Shown: in pieces, positions 41,458 through 59,028 of the stretch
Position numbering within the stretch: position 1 is the first letter of the stretch
Layout: every line of letters starts with the position of its first letter
Assembly (NCBI RefSeq): GCF_009914755.1
Contig: NC_060936.1
Reading direction: 5' to 3' (one strand)
DNA length: 64,000 nt
From: the human T2T-CHM13v2.0 reference genome, Homo sapiens
The notes under the pieces: generated by a model
Told to the model about the DNA's origin: nothing
Databases searched by the model: none
Seen by the model: only the letters and a program-made list of their open reading frames with translations
Program-made: the position numbers and the translations under genes

Positions 41458-42147
41458 GGGAGGGAGGGAGCCCCCCCCATGGAGCAACCCCTCAGCCACC
41501 CACAAACCGCGTCTTCACCTTGAGACTCAAAACTGAGGAGAGACCCTCGGCAGGACTACAGCCAAAGAAGAGGACTTGGCTCCCCTGAGTGGGAACCACG
41601 GGGTGGTAGGTGCCACCTCCCACCAAACACACCCAGCCGCTGCTGCTGACTGCGCCTTTCCGACACATGTCACAGCACTAGCGTCCCTGGGGGGCCTCCC
41701 TATTGCCCTGGCACTGAGTCGTCCCTTCTTCTGTCCAGGGTCCTGATGGGCACCACAATGACAATCAGGGGCTGCACACCCCAGGCACACCACAGGAGAT
41801 GCCCCCAAGCCCCACATCCCTGCCCCCGGCAGGGGCAGATATAACCAAAGGGCAAGAGAGCCAAAGGGAACTAGCAGCTTTCTGCTGCGTGAGGCGTCCT
41901 CAGAGGATGCCTGGAGGTTTTATGAATACATATTTCGCAGCCTAAGGCGTGAGGGGCGGGGAAGCTCAGACCTTCCTCCATAAGCATCTAGATCGACGCC
42001 GCTCATTCTGTGTGGCTCTAAGTGGGTGTCCCTGTGCAATTTCCCCAACACCTGAAAACACTCAGGGTGGGCCAGAGCGCCCCTGCCCCAGAAAACCCTT
42101 TGCTGCCGGAGGCCAGGCTGTGGTGCAGCGAGCTGGCTGGGACTGAC

Positions 42148-42251
42148 CATCTGAGGCAGGTCTCTTTTCTGGAACGTGAATTCTAGCGGCTGGTTGGAGA
42201 CCCCGATGCAGATGACAAGGGGCAGGATGTTGTCTGGAGGGATCACGTGAC
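42148..42251 (-). CDS. DDX12P: DDX11-like exon 20 (HVIPPDN...DLPQM), 104 nt
   Basis: Within ORF 41920..42321; AG/GT boundaries. Confidence 0.95.
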
Positions 42252-42577
42252 CTGGTAAGAGCCAGGGAGGGGCCGAAAACTGGAGATGCAGGTGTGCTGT
42301 AAGACACTGCAGAGAGGGCATTTACCTGCCCCATCATCCAGCACAGGAACAGCGACTGACAGCGCTCACCCACCCACCATCGCCAGTCACACTGGGCAGC
42401 ACGCAGCAGGCAGCAGGGAGCAAAGCAGGAGAGCCTGGGTGAGCGCACGAAGGGTGAGTCTCCCATCCCGGGGTCTCCTCCGCCTCTGTGCCTGGTCGCA
42501 GTATGAAGTATTACCCACAGAAAACGGGGGCCAGAACCTGACCTCTAGCCTGCCCCACCCTGGGCACAGCTTCTCAC

Positions 42578-42650
42578 CACAGGAAAACTCCACCACGCGC
42601 TCAGCTTCCACCCCGGCACAGGCCAGCAGCTGCTGCCGGAAGTCAGACAC
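42578..42650 (-). CDS. DDX12P: DDX11-like exon 19 (VSDFRQQ...EFSC), 73 nt
   Basis: cag|GTGTCT and G|gtgag. Confidence 0.95.
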
Positions 42651-43905
42651 CTGTAGACCAAGGCCACAGCGTCATGGCCCCATGACCCCTCAGAGGCCCA
42701 GCAGAAAGGAAGCGAGAAGTCTGGCCTAAGAGACAGCAAGTACACACAAACTGAAAGAAGAGGTCAAAGAAAAGGCTGACGGCAAACTAACAAAAAGAAA
42801 AATGGTGACTGATACCCAGTGCTGGCAGTCTCGTTTAAACTATGTGCAGGAACAGCAAAGGAAATCCAGCAAATCTGGCACAGTCATTATCAACCCTGGC
42901 CATGCAGCAAAATCACCAGCGAAAATTTTCAAAAATAACACGTGGCCAGGCCCCAGCCCAAACTACTGAATAACAATCTCCAGGCTTTCACCTGCTAGAC
43001 TGGCAAAAATCCAAAAGTAACCACTCTGGAGAAACAGGCATTCCTAGACAGTACTGGTGGGATACAGAATGGTACAATTCTCATGAAATTTCACAGTAGT
43101 TAACAAATTAAACATAGTTATACTTTTTAACCCAGGAATCCCATATTTAGGAGTCCAGTGAGAAGATACAGCCCACAAATACCAAACAGCATGTGCCCCC
43201 GGACCTTTCCCTGTAATCATGAGCCTGCCTATCCAGAGGGTACTGGTTGGATAAGCTCCCTACATCTGTCCAACAGAGAACCACGCAGCCCACTAGAGGA
43301 GCGATGGTCAGACAACTGACTAAGATGCCTTCTGTGTAAATAAAACAGGGAAGGGAAAAATGAAGACACGTTTTTGCTTATTTAGGGGAAAAAAAGACTG
43401 AAAGGGTAAGCTAGTAAAACGGATTCCCTATGGGGGTGGGGAATGGGCTGGAAAGGGATGAGAGTGAGGCTTTCCTGAATAGATCTTTTTATATTGCTTT
43501 GACTTTTGAGCCATACAAATATTTACATATTTAAAAACTACAAGTCAGAAAAGAAGAAAGCAAATTCTAAAATTGAAAAGAAAATGAAACAAAAACAGCC
43601 TAGCTATCTATGAAACTGACAACAGAAGCACACGGAGAGAAGCCTGGTTCCACGTGACTTTAGAGCCTAGTGACCAGGCATCCTTAGTGGGTTACACTCT
43701 AAGGGCAAAGAGGAAAGGCAATTTCAATCAGATCTATTGTTAGAATTAATATTGGTACTATGATTTCAAAACTTTTAAGTATATTATAGGATAGAGCAGA
43801 TAAGTATGTTAATGTAGCACACATGTTCAGGCTTAAGAGAAAAAGAGATACAATAAAAGGTCAAGTAAACAAATCCTTTCATTTTTACTTAGAAACACCA
43901 ATATG

Positions 43906-44220
43906 GGCCAGGCGTGGTGGCTCATGCCTGTAATCCCAGCTCTTTGGGATGCCAAGGCTGGCGGATCACCTGAGTTCAAGACCAGCCTGGCCAACATGGT
44001 AAAACCCCATCTCTACTAAAATACAAAAATTAGCTGGGTGTGGTGGCACATGCCTGTAATCACAGCTACTCAGGAGGTTGAGGCATGAGAATCGCTTGAA
44101 CCCCGGAGGCAGAGGTTGCAGAGAGCCGTGATCGGGTTCACTGCGCTCCAGCCTGGGAGACAGAGCGAGACTCTGTCTCAAAAAAAAAAAAAAAAAAAAA
44201 GAAAGAAAGAAAGAAAGAAA
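43906..44220 (+). mobile_element. Alu in DDX intron 18
   Basis: Full dimer; degenerate TSD agaaa(c/t)acca(a/g)tatg. Confidence 0.92.
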
Positions 44221-45146
44221 TACCAGTATGGATTCATTCTGAAAACATTTCCTAGATCTGTCTACTAAAATGCCCCAGGAGCATGACAAACACCCTAGCA
44301 CCCACAGCTTGACTTCCAAATGTCATTCCCCATTACAAGAAACCAGAGCGGCTTGGAGAAATGAATCAATCCAGTGTGCGGCAAGGACACCCATGGTGAT
44401 CCCATGACATTCTGCTGTGCTGGAGGCGAGACTGACCGGGCCACGGGGAGGACCTGAGCTAGCAGGAAGGGGCTCTCACCATGTGAACATCAGAAACAAT
44501 AATGACTGTAAACAACTTTAATATGCCGAATGAATAAAACTATGAATCTATCCATACAAAAATATAAAAATCAAAAGCTAAGGCAGCTGGGGCTGGGAAG
44601 CACTGCTTCAGGATTCCCAGCAGCTTTTTGTCCAGGAGGCCCTTTGCTAGGTAAGAGTCACCACTGTGCAGAAATGCGGTTATATTCATCACAGTCATGC
44701 TCAAAACAGAAAACTGCAAATAGCTTGCACACCTAACAAGAGAGAAGCAGCTACATGAAATGCTATATATCTGTGTAACTGGAATCCAGCACAGCTGGGA
44801 TACTGAAATACATGCATACTTGCTGACAAGGAGACAGGGTTTATGACCCTCTGGCTGCTGAGTGAAAAGAGCAAGTTCCAGTGACAGCACATGGAGGGAG
44901 CCACACTTTTGTTTTTAAAACAGCTATGCACATAAGTAAAAATTATGCCTACAAAGACTATTATATTCATATACATCAAAACGAACCTTTTAAAAGTGGA
45001 ATCATGATTTTTTTCCTTGAGTTTGAAACCACAGAACAGCTTTCTCTGGGAGACATGTGATCCTGGGGCTACAGAATGGAGCAGCAGAGGAGTCTCCACT
45101 GCTCCTGCAGCCTAAAAGGCACAGCAGTGAGAGAATAGCAGTGTCA

Positions 45147-45452
<306 letters not shown>

Positions 45453-45524
45453 CTATCGTCCCAGCAAAGGGGGTCCCCAGTTGAGTCCAGGTCTGAGGCA
45501 CAAGTGCTAGTGCTTTCTCTTTAA

Positions 45525-45888
<364 letters not shown>

Positions 45889-46234
45889 TATCCTCTCCAT
45901 TTTCATATGAGGAAACTGAAGTTGAGAAAGAAAATAGTCCAAATCACAAGGCTCATAGATGACAAAATCATGACCCAAACCAAAGCCCACCTACCCCACA
46001 ATACAAGTTTCCCTAGGACCCCTGCCCTAGAGGACCTCCATCCCAGCCCCTCGATCTCCTCCCGTCCACCTCCACTGCTTGCCCAGGTCACAGCAGGCCA
46101 GTGCCCACTGCACTGCTTCCTCCTAACCCAGGGAGTTCCCAGGATGGAAGGAAAGAATCTTTTCATGCTGCGGCTCCCGGGCTCAGCTTGGCTCCTTCCT
46201 GGGAACTGAACCTGGCCAAGAACCACCTGATTAC

Positions 46235-46366
46235 CTTGGCGGCTCAGGATGACCCTGCCGTCCTGGTTGGCCGTAGTGAGAGCTGCCAGGAAGCCTTCGA
46301 TGTGCATCAGTGGGGAAGCTGGTTGCGGGACGCTGGCCTGACTCTCGTCTGCAGGGGCTGCAAGTG
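46235..46366 (-). CDS. DDX12P: DDX11-like exon 17 (LAAPADES...ILSRQ), 132 nt
   Basis: [14 protein letters not shown] peptide; AG/GT boundaries. Confidence 0.95.
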
Positions 46367-46465
46367 CTGCACAGAGCAGAATGGGGAGGAGGCCTCCCTC
46401 TTGTCAGGTCCACACATGAGGAACAGAAGTCCTTGCCCATGCGTGCAGCCGGCTCTGCCTGCTCA

Positions 46466-46884
<419 letters not shown>

Positions 46885-48393
46885 CTGCAAAAACCAAGCC
46901 CAGCTGTAGGCATGTGTGCAAACTGAGCAAGCTGTAATCTTAAACACAAAACAAAAAACACCACTTCTACCACCCAGGCAGCACAACGCAGTGCTACCTT
47001 CTGAGGCACCTGGAGCCTCCTTGCCACCAACCTTGTCATCCCCTCTCCGAGGCCACCCCCTCCTCTACTGCCCCTGCCCACAACGCAGTGTCCTCAGGGG
47101 GGAGACCCTCTTTCCAAATGTCTCTCTCAAGTCTAAGAGTGCTCAGTACAATCTAGGTCCCCTTGGCTTTCCTTCCAGGTGACAGAGTTAAAACAAAGGA
47201 ACTTCTATGAGCAAAGCCACAGAGGAGATGATGGCTGGGACCTGCTCAGGGGCTGGGGCAGTGCCACTCAGTCGGAGCATCCAATGTGTGTGGTTTGGTG
47301 CCAGATCTTAGCTTGGGATGCAGAGATGAGGAGTTTGGAGCCTTTAAACCGGTTTCTAAAAAGAGCGATGTCCTTCGATGAGGATTCCCTCAATGGTGAG
47401 TGATGAGACCCGAGACCCATGGGAAGAAGAGGGGAGAAGGAAAGCAAGGAGGGCAAAGGGAAGGCGAGAGAAGGAGTGCCTGCACCCATGTCCCAGCTGT
47501 GGGAGAAGCGCGGGGACGGCAGGACTGTCTGAGGCTGTCAGGCCTGGCGGCTGTCACAGGCATGTGGGAGACAAGGGGAGAAAGGCATCAAGGATGACGT
47601 GGATCCAGCCTGTCTGGCAGGGATGGTGGCAGTGACAGTGACCCAAATGTGTAATTCAGGGGAAAAGCTGGTTTTAAGAAAAAAAAGGCAGGCACGATGG
47701 GAAGAATGTGGGGCCCCAAGTCAGTGCAGCCAGGTTTGGACGCTGTCTCTGCCACTTGCTATTGGCTCACTTGTGGGAAGCCTGTGCTCGCCACCCTCCT
47801 GAAGTCACCTCCATGGGCCTGTTTGCTTTCCTTGCCGGGGCAAAAGGATATCCTAGCTCAGAGCACAGCACGTGGCATGCCGCCTAGAACAGAGGCAGAA
47901 CCCTGTACCCAGGGGCAGTCACTGTTGCTGATTTGAGTTACGAGCTGGGGGTTCAGGCGGCAGTGGCCGTGTTTCATCTGGGGAGCGCTGGGTACACAGA
48001 CCTGGAGCGAGCAGAGGTCTGAGGCTGCAACCAGACCCAAGGCCCAAGTGGGAAGACGTGACAGGGGTTGCACAGAACAAATCAACATCCTATTCCTGTC
48101 CATAAGCCTGAGGGAGACTGTGCCAGAAGATGGGGTGACACAGCAAGGACCTGGAGTCTCTATCTGTTCTATGGGGCACCAAGAAAGGTCCCTTTCTCAC
48201 CCATCCCTCATCCCTGTGGCCTTCACTCTAAAAGATGATGACTTTTGTCTCACAGGCGTGTTGCGTTAAGGGTTAAGTAATTACACATCTGTTTTGCTTT
48301 TTCTTCCTTCTATAGTCTTAACATAGTACTCTACCCACAGGTGGTGACAGGAAGGAAATTGGATGTGCAATGTGGAAAGGTGGAAACCTCTAC

Positions 48394-48461
48394 CTTGAAC
48401 AGGTTGATGTTGTCGATCTGGCTCTGGAAGAGAAAGTCGTTGATAGTCTTCAGCTCCATCC
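48394..48461 (-). CDS. DDX12P: DDX11-like exon 14 ([10 protein letters not shown]...NLFK), 68 nt
   Basis: cag|GGATG and AAG|gtaga. Confidence 0.93.
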
Positions 48462-48581
48462 CTGAGAACAAACACATGAAGGGCCTTGGGAGCTTCACCC
48501 TAAGCCTCAGGTTTCAGTCCCAGGGTTAAGCTCGGAAGTGGCTCAGATCAGCTCTGGGCGCTCTGAGAGCAACTCTCTTAC

Positions 48582-48626
48582 CTGTCTGTGACAGACTCTG
48601 TGTATTGGGATTTTGCTTAATGTTCC
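48582..48626 (-). CDS. DDX12P: DDX11-like exon 13 (NIKQNPNTQSLSQT), 45 nt
   Basis: tag|GGAAC and CAG|gtaag. Confidence 0.93.
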
Positions 48627-49473
48627 CTAAAAAAGAGAATGGAAATAGGTCACAATGGTGGTTCTCAGGCCCCCCAACCCTTCCCTATCTTCTCTCCCTC
48701 CACACTGCACATCAAGTAAGAAGAGCATCTGTATTTGAACGGCTTTGTTTTGCTTTTCACTGTTTATAGTATGCAACGGACCCACTTAGAGGGCAGGTGG
48801 GTCCAGGAGCCTCCCACGTCTGACTCACGTGCTTGCACGTGGAACCCAAAGCCCTGTAAAGTTCATGTTTTTCACCCCTTCTCCAGGAGGCCGGGACACA
48901 GCAGCCAGACCAAGGTATGCAGGGCACCGGAGCACAGAGGAGCTGCCCAGGCCACTGGTGAGCCTGAGGCAAAGCAGAGCTGGCGGCTCAGAGCAGCAAC
49001 ACGAGACCAGCTCCCGCCAGGAGCTCCCACAGGCTTTCTGCAGCTTCCACTTCCACAGACACTTTCCAACAAGGGGGTGCCCCATCATAAAAGAAGGGGA
49101 TGTGACAGGGTCATGCAAAGAGGCGTGGGAGCTGGAGTCAGAAGATCCCAGGCTCCCGTGCTGGGAGCAGCCCTTGCTCCGAGCTCTAGTTTATGCGTCT
49201 ATCAACAAGGATTCAAATACCAGCACTGCGTTCTCACAGGGCACACAAAACCGCATATGCAAGTGCTTCGAACAACCCACAGAACTATGCCTATCACGGA
49301 AACACCGTGTGTCCATGTGATGCTGTATCCTTAATATCCCCCCAGAGCAGGGCCTGAAATAAAAAGTCCTCAGAACATGGGCAAAGAACCCATGGGTCTA
49401 AAAAAAGCTCAAGTCAGACAACTCAACTAAGCTACAAAGAACAAGAATTTTCTAAATCAATGACCAAGACCCT

Positions 49474-50081
<608 letters not shown>

Positions 50082-50322
50082 CTACAAATCCTTTCCCAGA
50101 GAGCAGGCTGGCCATGGCCCCAGGCCTCAGAGCCAGCGGTCAGTCCCCAGCCTTCCAGGTCTGTGTGCAGCACACACCATGATGTGCCTAGGACATGAAT
50201 GGCATGCAGCTCCACCCCGCCACAGCCCGGGCCAGAGGTGGGAACCAAAGTGCTGCCTCTCAGAGGCCCATGCAGGGGGCCACCAAGGGACTGTCCCACT
50301 ACCTCAGAGAGTCACATCTCAC

Positions 50323-50369
50323 CCGTATCGCTCCATGTACTGCAGCAGCTGGGAATGGGCCTGGCAGAG
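50323..50369 (-). CDS. DDX12P: DDX11-like exon 11 (LCQAHSQLLQYMERYG), 47 nt
   Basis: cag|CTCTGC and GG|gtgag. Confidence 0.93.
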
Positions 50370-51308
50370 CTGGGGAAAGAACACAAACCAGGCTCTGAGC
50401 AAGCAGCCGAAGGCTAAGGTACTGACATCTTAGATTCACCTAGAAGACGCTAGCCCTGGACACACAGGAAGCCACCAAAGGGAGGAGAGGGGGCTGGGTG
50501 CAGACAAAAGGTACTGGTTTCCACAGCCCTTAGGCTAGTGGGAGCTAAGAGAAAAGGGAAGGAAGGGAAGGTTTCCTCCAGTGTCCACTGTGGGTCAGAG
50601 AAAAAGCAAGAGGCTGAATTCCTCAAGTATGGAATCTCCCTGCTAGTTTCCACCGGGTTGGGAAAAGACCTCGAGTCTACAAAGAGTGATGGTTCAAGGT
50701 CACCATCACATCCCAGCCTCAATTCAGCCCAGGCACAGGTCAGTAGAGCTGGTGGGATGTCGTGGGGGTTTCACAGTCAGAAACCAGTGGGCACACCCCA
50801 GCTCCACACTCATGAGCTGCATGACCTCAGGACAGAGCTTGACCATCTCTGAATCTCCACGTTTCCAATGTAAAACAGGAACACCACCCCCATGGCAGAG
50901 TCAGCGTGAAGACCAGAGACACCTGGTGCCATGCATGGCGCATGATAGGGCAGCAGGAGGAGCCTGCACTGATCTTGAGCATTCCTCAATTCAGTCCCCT
51001 CCAGACAACTTCAGTAATGACAAAATCCAATCCTGAGGGGACTTCTGCCTCACACATGCCATCTCCCTGGCTTGCAGAACTGGCTGCTGGCATCCAGGGC
51101 TGGAGGGACTCAGGAGCATGGGGGCAGGTGAGGTGCAGGGAAATGAGGCACTCTGTCATAGCGGGGTCCCCAGAGTTCTGGGATGCACTGGAAAGCCATG
51201 GTCAGCCTCCGATGAGGTCACCACCTTGACTCGTGCACCCTGTAGCAAGCCCCACCTCCGGAGGAATTCTTGGCCCAGGTGTCTGGAGGAACCATCCAAG
51301 TCCCTTTA

Positions 51309-51593
<285 letters not shown>

Positions 51594-53005
51594 CTATTTC
51601 CTGCCTGGACTGTGTAGAGACATTCAAAAAACAGCTTGTAGCAACGGACAAGCTCTCCTCGAGTTTCACATGAAAAGCCAATACATGAAACACAGGAAAC
51701 TAGGGCTGGTCTGACTCCTGAGTAAACCAAGGGCAGGGCTGGGTGAAGGGAACCCCTGCTTAGCCTTGTCCATGTCCTCAAGGTCGCCCCGGAGGCCCCC
51801 GAGTTTCCACAAAACACTTGAAGACCATCGGTGCACCAGGAAGCGGCCCCAGCTTCTGCTCCTGGAGCTGCTACTTCCCAGCTGTGTGACTCTGGAAGAG
51901 TTGTCTAACCTCTCTGACCCTTGCTTTCCTCATCTGCAAAATAGGGTTGACACATCCTATTTCAAAGTGAGGGTTAAGGCGTGGAGCTGGGGTAACAAAA
52001 ATAAAAGCAACTCTGCAGGTCTTTAGGTGTTTGTTGTTAGGAAAGTTTCCAGTTAAAGGAATACTCATATAAAAAATAAAATATCGGAAAACTGAATGGC
52101 TCCATCACCCACGCTTGGTGAGAAAATATGAGTCACTTAACTTTTCTGGGCTCCAGCGTCCCCATGCACGGAATTTCACTGGAATACTATTAACATAAAA
52201 GCAAAATATGGTCAAAGTACTTTACAAATTCAAAAATCGTAAAGATTTTGGGCCATATTATGGTATTTGTGTATAAATGCCTATAGCACTAATTTTGCTC
52301 TAAAGGCAAACAGACCGGAGGGAAGGCCTGGGACACCATGGGGCCTGGCAGCTTTCCTCAGTTTCTCTGCCAGCGCCCACACAGCTCAGCAGGTATGCTG
52401 GTGAGCATTTAGCTGCTGTGCAAACGGTTACTTAGTTCCCTGAATCTTTTAAAACTTTACATTTTTTTCTGGATTATACAGAATTTTCCACTAGTGATAT
52501 CCCATTTCCAAAGTCACTCAAGTTAAAGAAGTAGCAAGGAAATAGTGAAACTGCACCCACCAAGTAACAGTGAGATACTACTTTTCATCTGCTACATTAG
52601 CAGTTCTTCCTTCTGTTTAAAAATCAAGAGAAGTTGTGGCAGAGAAGACAGTATTCTCACGTGCTGCAGGTAGGTGTAAGTTAGGGAAAGCTTTCCAGTT
52701 AAGAGTACTGATATTACAAAAAGGAAAAACTGGAAAACTGAATGGTTCTATCACTGACATCCTCCATCACATCATAGGCATGGAAGTTGGGAGCATCACT
52801 TGGAAAGCCATTTGTAAATAGATGTATGCAGCACACTCTTCTCAGCTCCTGGCATCCCCCCTCTCCCTGTGGTTTCACTAGGAATGCACCGGCTTTCCTG
52901 GCTCCTAAATACCATCCCCAGTAATGCCAACTGGCCCTGCTGCCTGGAGACCCCAAGGGATCCCACGCGCCTCCTCCAACTCACGCCTCAGGAGAGAATG
53001 GGTTA

Positions 53006-53443
<438 letters not shown>

Positions 53444-53669
53444 CTATAAGACCCTCCCAAGTACTGCCTACTGTGTCTCATCGGAACACTGTAACGTTTT
53501 ACTTTTGTTCTCCAGAAAGAGCCCGTAAAATCATCTCCAAGCCAACGATTCGGACCAGACGCTCACCCAGAGAATAGGAACACTTTTTCCCAAGGAGAGG
53601 GGACTCAGGGAGGAACTGGGGTCTCCTCTGCCATTCTTTCTATGAAAGACACTGAATGGTCTTCAGTCA

Positions 53670-53861
<192 letters not shown>

Positions 53862-53977
53862 CTAAATGACATCCTACCAACACACGTGGACCTGCCCCCG
53901 CCACCTCTCCTTTGCCTTCCAGTGATGGGCCGGCCAGGCCAGGGAGGGGGCTGCTCCTCACACGGTTCAGCCTGTCA

Positions 53978-54178
<201 letters not shown>

Positions 54179-54508
54179 CTAGCAGAGAGAAAGAAAGGCA
54201 CTTCAAAGAGGGAACCAAAACATCCCACAGCATTCTCTAACATCAAGGCACGCCAGGGCCTGAGAGGCTGAGGGAAAGGGAGTGGCTCCCAATGCACAAA
54301 GCCAAGGCAGGACAGCAATGTCCCATGTCAGGCATCTATCGAGGGACCCAGGGATTCCCAAGTCACCCACAGCTCCAGAAGTTCAAGGGAATGCCCCACA
54401 GGCAGCTCCTTCCACGAGTCATATCCAGCACCAATCAGCAGGGACAGAAAACACCCAGACTTCAGCCCAGAACAGCTGTTCCTCTATGCCCTGGGATGGC
54501 AAGCATGG

Positions 54509-54648
54509 CCCTGCCCCCAGGAGAGGTCTCCCCAGGCCCCGAACCCAGGAGATGTCTCCCCAGGCCCCAAACTCAAGAGAGGTCTCCTCAGGTCCCTGCT
54601 CCCAGGAAAGGTCTCCCCAGGCCCTGACCCCAGGAGAGGACTCCAGGG
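54509..54648. repeat. ~28-bp minisatellite x5 in DDX intron 6
   Basis: ccc..cccaggagaggtctccccagg units. Confidence 0.75.
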
Positions 54649-54842
54649 TCCACTGCAGCTGGCCAAGGGAGCAACTCAGGACCAGGGTTGCGTGCAAGAA
54701 GCAACAGAGTCCAAGTGCTGGAAGCTCCTCCTTTGTGGAGAGGAGGGTGAGAAGTAGCCGAGTGACTCCAGCCTCTTCCCCAAGGGTGCACAGCCCAGCC
54801 CATAGCCCCCAGCACAGCACCAGCTGAGGACACTCGTGTTAC

Positions 54843-54888
54843 CTTAGTTATGTGTTCTTCCTCCAGGTCATCCTCATCCTCATCCACT
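54843..54888 (-). CDS. DDX12P: DDX11-like exon 6 (VDEDEDDLEEEHITK), 46 nt
   Basis: cag|AGTGGA and AAG|gtaac. Confidence 0.95.
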
Positions 54889-56608
54889 CTGTGTGTGTGA
54901 GAGAGAACAGAAAACAGTCTTCCCTCAGCAAACTCAGCAAAACGCACTGAGCATCTGCTGAGCGCTGGTGCTGAGCCCTGGCCATTCCCAGCAATGGGTT
55001 CCACCAAGGTAGCAGGTGCTGCTTGCTCAGAAACTCCCCCAGGCAAATGCCAACCCCAACCTCCCGTGGCCGCTCAGGTCTGTGGGTAGGGAAATGTAAA
55101 AAGGAGACATGAGCTCAGCACCCCAAACCCAAGTCTTGAGTTGGAAGCCTCGGGACTCATGGCAGGCTGCTCTCCTCTCTGCCCTCCCTCCAGCAAGCTG
55201 GACACCTCTGAGGCCCCAGGGGGGATATTTGCTCTTCATCATCTCGGGCCTTCGGATGTTCTGTGCCTGGAATGTTGTCTCCCCTCACCAGCTCCCAGTC
55301 AACTCTGAGATAGCAGCAGAAACATCACCTCCTCCAGGAAGCCTTCTTTGACCTTCCCTGGTAGGTCTGGCTGCTCTGACACAGATTCATGGCCCCTTCA
55401 CACCCATCTCATTCAAAATTGCTTCCTCTCGGTCTATCTCCCCAGACTGTCATGTCCACAAGGGAGGACCCAGGTCGGCCTTGTTTCTGCTGAGTCCCCA
55501 TGGCCTCACCTAGAGCTTGGTATGCAGCAGGAACCCCATGACCATCTCCTGGATGAAGCTACAACTGACCAATCGAGTGAACAGAGGATGCTGTCACTTA
55601 TGACCAGCTACAACTCTTCTTTTGTCAGCGCCTCAGTCTGCCCTTTCCAGCAATGCGGGAAGAATCCATCAGCGCCAGGCGTTGGCAGGGAAGCCAGCCC
55701 TGCATCCCATGGCCTGAAGCTGAGCTAGCTCTACTAGTCTATGCTCCTCAGAAAACACAAAACCATCTGACAGGCACACGCCACCTATGGCAACATCACA
55801 TAAAAAGAAAACATTTTTGTTCACCTCGAAATTCCTTTCTAACAAAGCAGAATACAATTGTCTTGGGCTATCAGAAGAGTAATTATTACAGGCTTGGCTT
55901 CATGGTCACTAAAGAGCAGGCGGCTCTATCTTAAAAGGCTTGGATTCAATCTTATGTCGCATGCTGGACAAAGCCAGCAGGAGCTCACTGAGAGGCTGGG
56001 TGTGTGAAGAAATGAAGAGCAAAAATTTTCTATTCAGAACTCAGGTCCTCTGAGGCTCACGTTATCTCCTGAAACGTGAGGGCATGGGAAGCCCCGGAAG
56101 CTGACCTACAGGATCCACGGCTCTTGCCCAGACCTGAAGGAGCACTTTGTTCCTCTAATATTCACCACCTTCATCTCCACTCAAGTTCTCTGCCTTGTCC
56201 CCATGGGCTCTAAGGGAGAAGAGAGGGAGCAGAAACACGACCTTGGAGGTGGGCAGGAACGGTTCATGGAGCACAAACTGTTTATGACCCCCTCTCACCA
56301 GCGAGGCATAAAGCAGCATGGTGGTCTCTGCCCCGGGCAGGGCCAGAAGTCGAGGTCCACATGCGCAGCCTGGAATTATACTACCAGACTGCAACGAGGC
56401 AGCATCTGCTCATTCATGTCAACTCGATTGTATTGAGCACACCCCTATGCCAAACACTGGGTCAGCTCTGGGAACATCAAACTGTAAAGACGTGGTTCCT
56501 GCCCTGAAGCAGCTCGAGCCCAGCCAGGGAGAGGAGGCAACAACAGAAGCACAAGCAGGTGCGTGAGCAAAACAGAGCAGCTGACACCGGAAGCCACCAA
56601 GACGACAC

Positions 56609-56796
56609 CTGAGCCAGGCCTTAAAGGAGAGGAAGACATCTGCGAAGGGAGGAGGGCAGGGTGTTTGGCCACAGCACGTTGCATGAGCAAATCCTCAGAC
56701 AGGACAGAGGAAGGCCTGGTGCGCTGGAGGAAGTTCAGGGCAGCGGGGAAGCTGGCGTCTGGTGGATGGCGGCTGGAGGTGGCGTCAGAAGGCGCC
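56609..56796 (-). other. DDX12P: Alternative frameshifting cassette exon in intron 5 (APSDATSSRHPP...PLRPGS), 188 nt
   Basis: gtctgcag|GGCGCC acceptor and TCAG|gtgtcg donor; inclusion reads exon 6 as EWMRMRMTWRKNT-stop, matching my recollection of a truncated DDX11 isoform. Confidence 0.7.
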
Positions 56797-57693
56797 CTGC
56801 AGACAGACCGTGAAGGCCGGGGATGAACCTTCAGGAATATCCACGGAGGGTCTCTGGTCTTGCAGTTACCCTCCCACAGATGTGGTGGCCAGGATGTCAC
56901 AGGACACACGGGACTCATCATCAGGTGCAGCCCCCCACCCCATCCACATCACCATTTTGTTTTCCTTGTAGGCAAACATGCTGACTTCACATAGGTGCTA
57001 TTTGTTTTCATGTCTATTAACTGTCCCCTCCATGTCTTCTTCCCTTCTACGTCCACAGCATCTGGACAGTGCCATACTCAGAGCAGACACTCAGGGATGG
57101 TGGTGAGGTTCCAGTGTGAATGGGAACGGGGCTGTCACCAGGGATCCTGTGGGCCCGAAATGGCCTGGGTGGCCTGCTCAGGGCTAAGTCACCCAGCAGC
57201 TCATGGCTCATCAAGTGGAAACCTTGAGTCTGGACCAACAGAGGCTTTATGGGAGAAGGAAAGCTCAGGCTAAGGACGCCTTGACGGTTGGCACCTCAAA
57301 GGTTACCCAGTGCAGTCAGCTGCCTCAGAGCCTGAGATGTAGAGCCAGGCCGGCTGAGTTCTAGCCCAGCTCTCCACTGCCGAGGCTTGTGGCCTCAGCC
57401 AAGGAGTCTCTCCTTGTGGGGCTGCAGCCTCCTTGTGTATAAGGTGCAGACACAAATGTTCCTGCCCTGCCTGAGCTGCTGTGAGGACAGCTGAGAGGAC
57501 ACAGGCCAGGCCGGTGACTGTCCTCACTGCCACTGGCACTCATGGACCCTAGGAAGGACCCGGCTTAGAGCAGAGGGCAGAGGCCACCATGCCTCTTGCC
57601 AGGTGCTTCATGGCATCTGTGGCATGAGGGAAAGAGCTGTCTTCAAGGGTGTCCCCCGGCCTGGGGCAGGGTAGTGCTACCGCCTCTGTCTCA

Positions 57694-58237
<544 letters not shown>

Positions 58238-58512
58238 CTACAGGAGGCAGACATGAAGGAAAATCACCAGGAAGCCCAAAACCAGGCCTCTCCTAAGGAG
58301 TCTGGGCCACTCAGCTCGGCGCCTCCTCACTGGGGGCAGCTCTCCTTCCCCAACCAGCACTCAAGGGCTGCCGCATCCCCTCCCGGGACCTCATCCCTGC
58401 AGGTCCCAGCCTCGCTGCTCACTGTGGAAGGCGGCACGCTCCTCCCAAAGCCACACGCTCTCCATCAGATCCATTTGCAGCCATTGAACCATGCTGCCAA
58501 TGGCAACGATCA

Positions 58513-59028
<516 letters not shown>

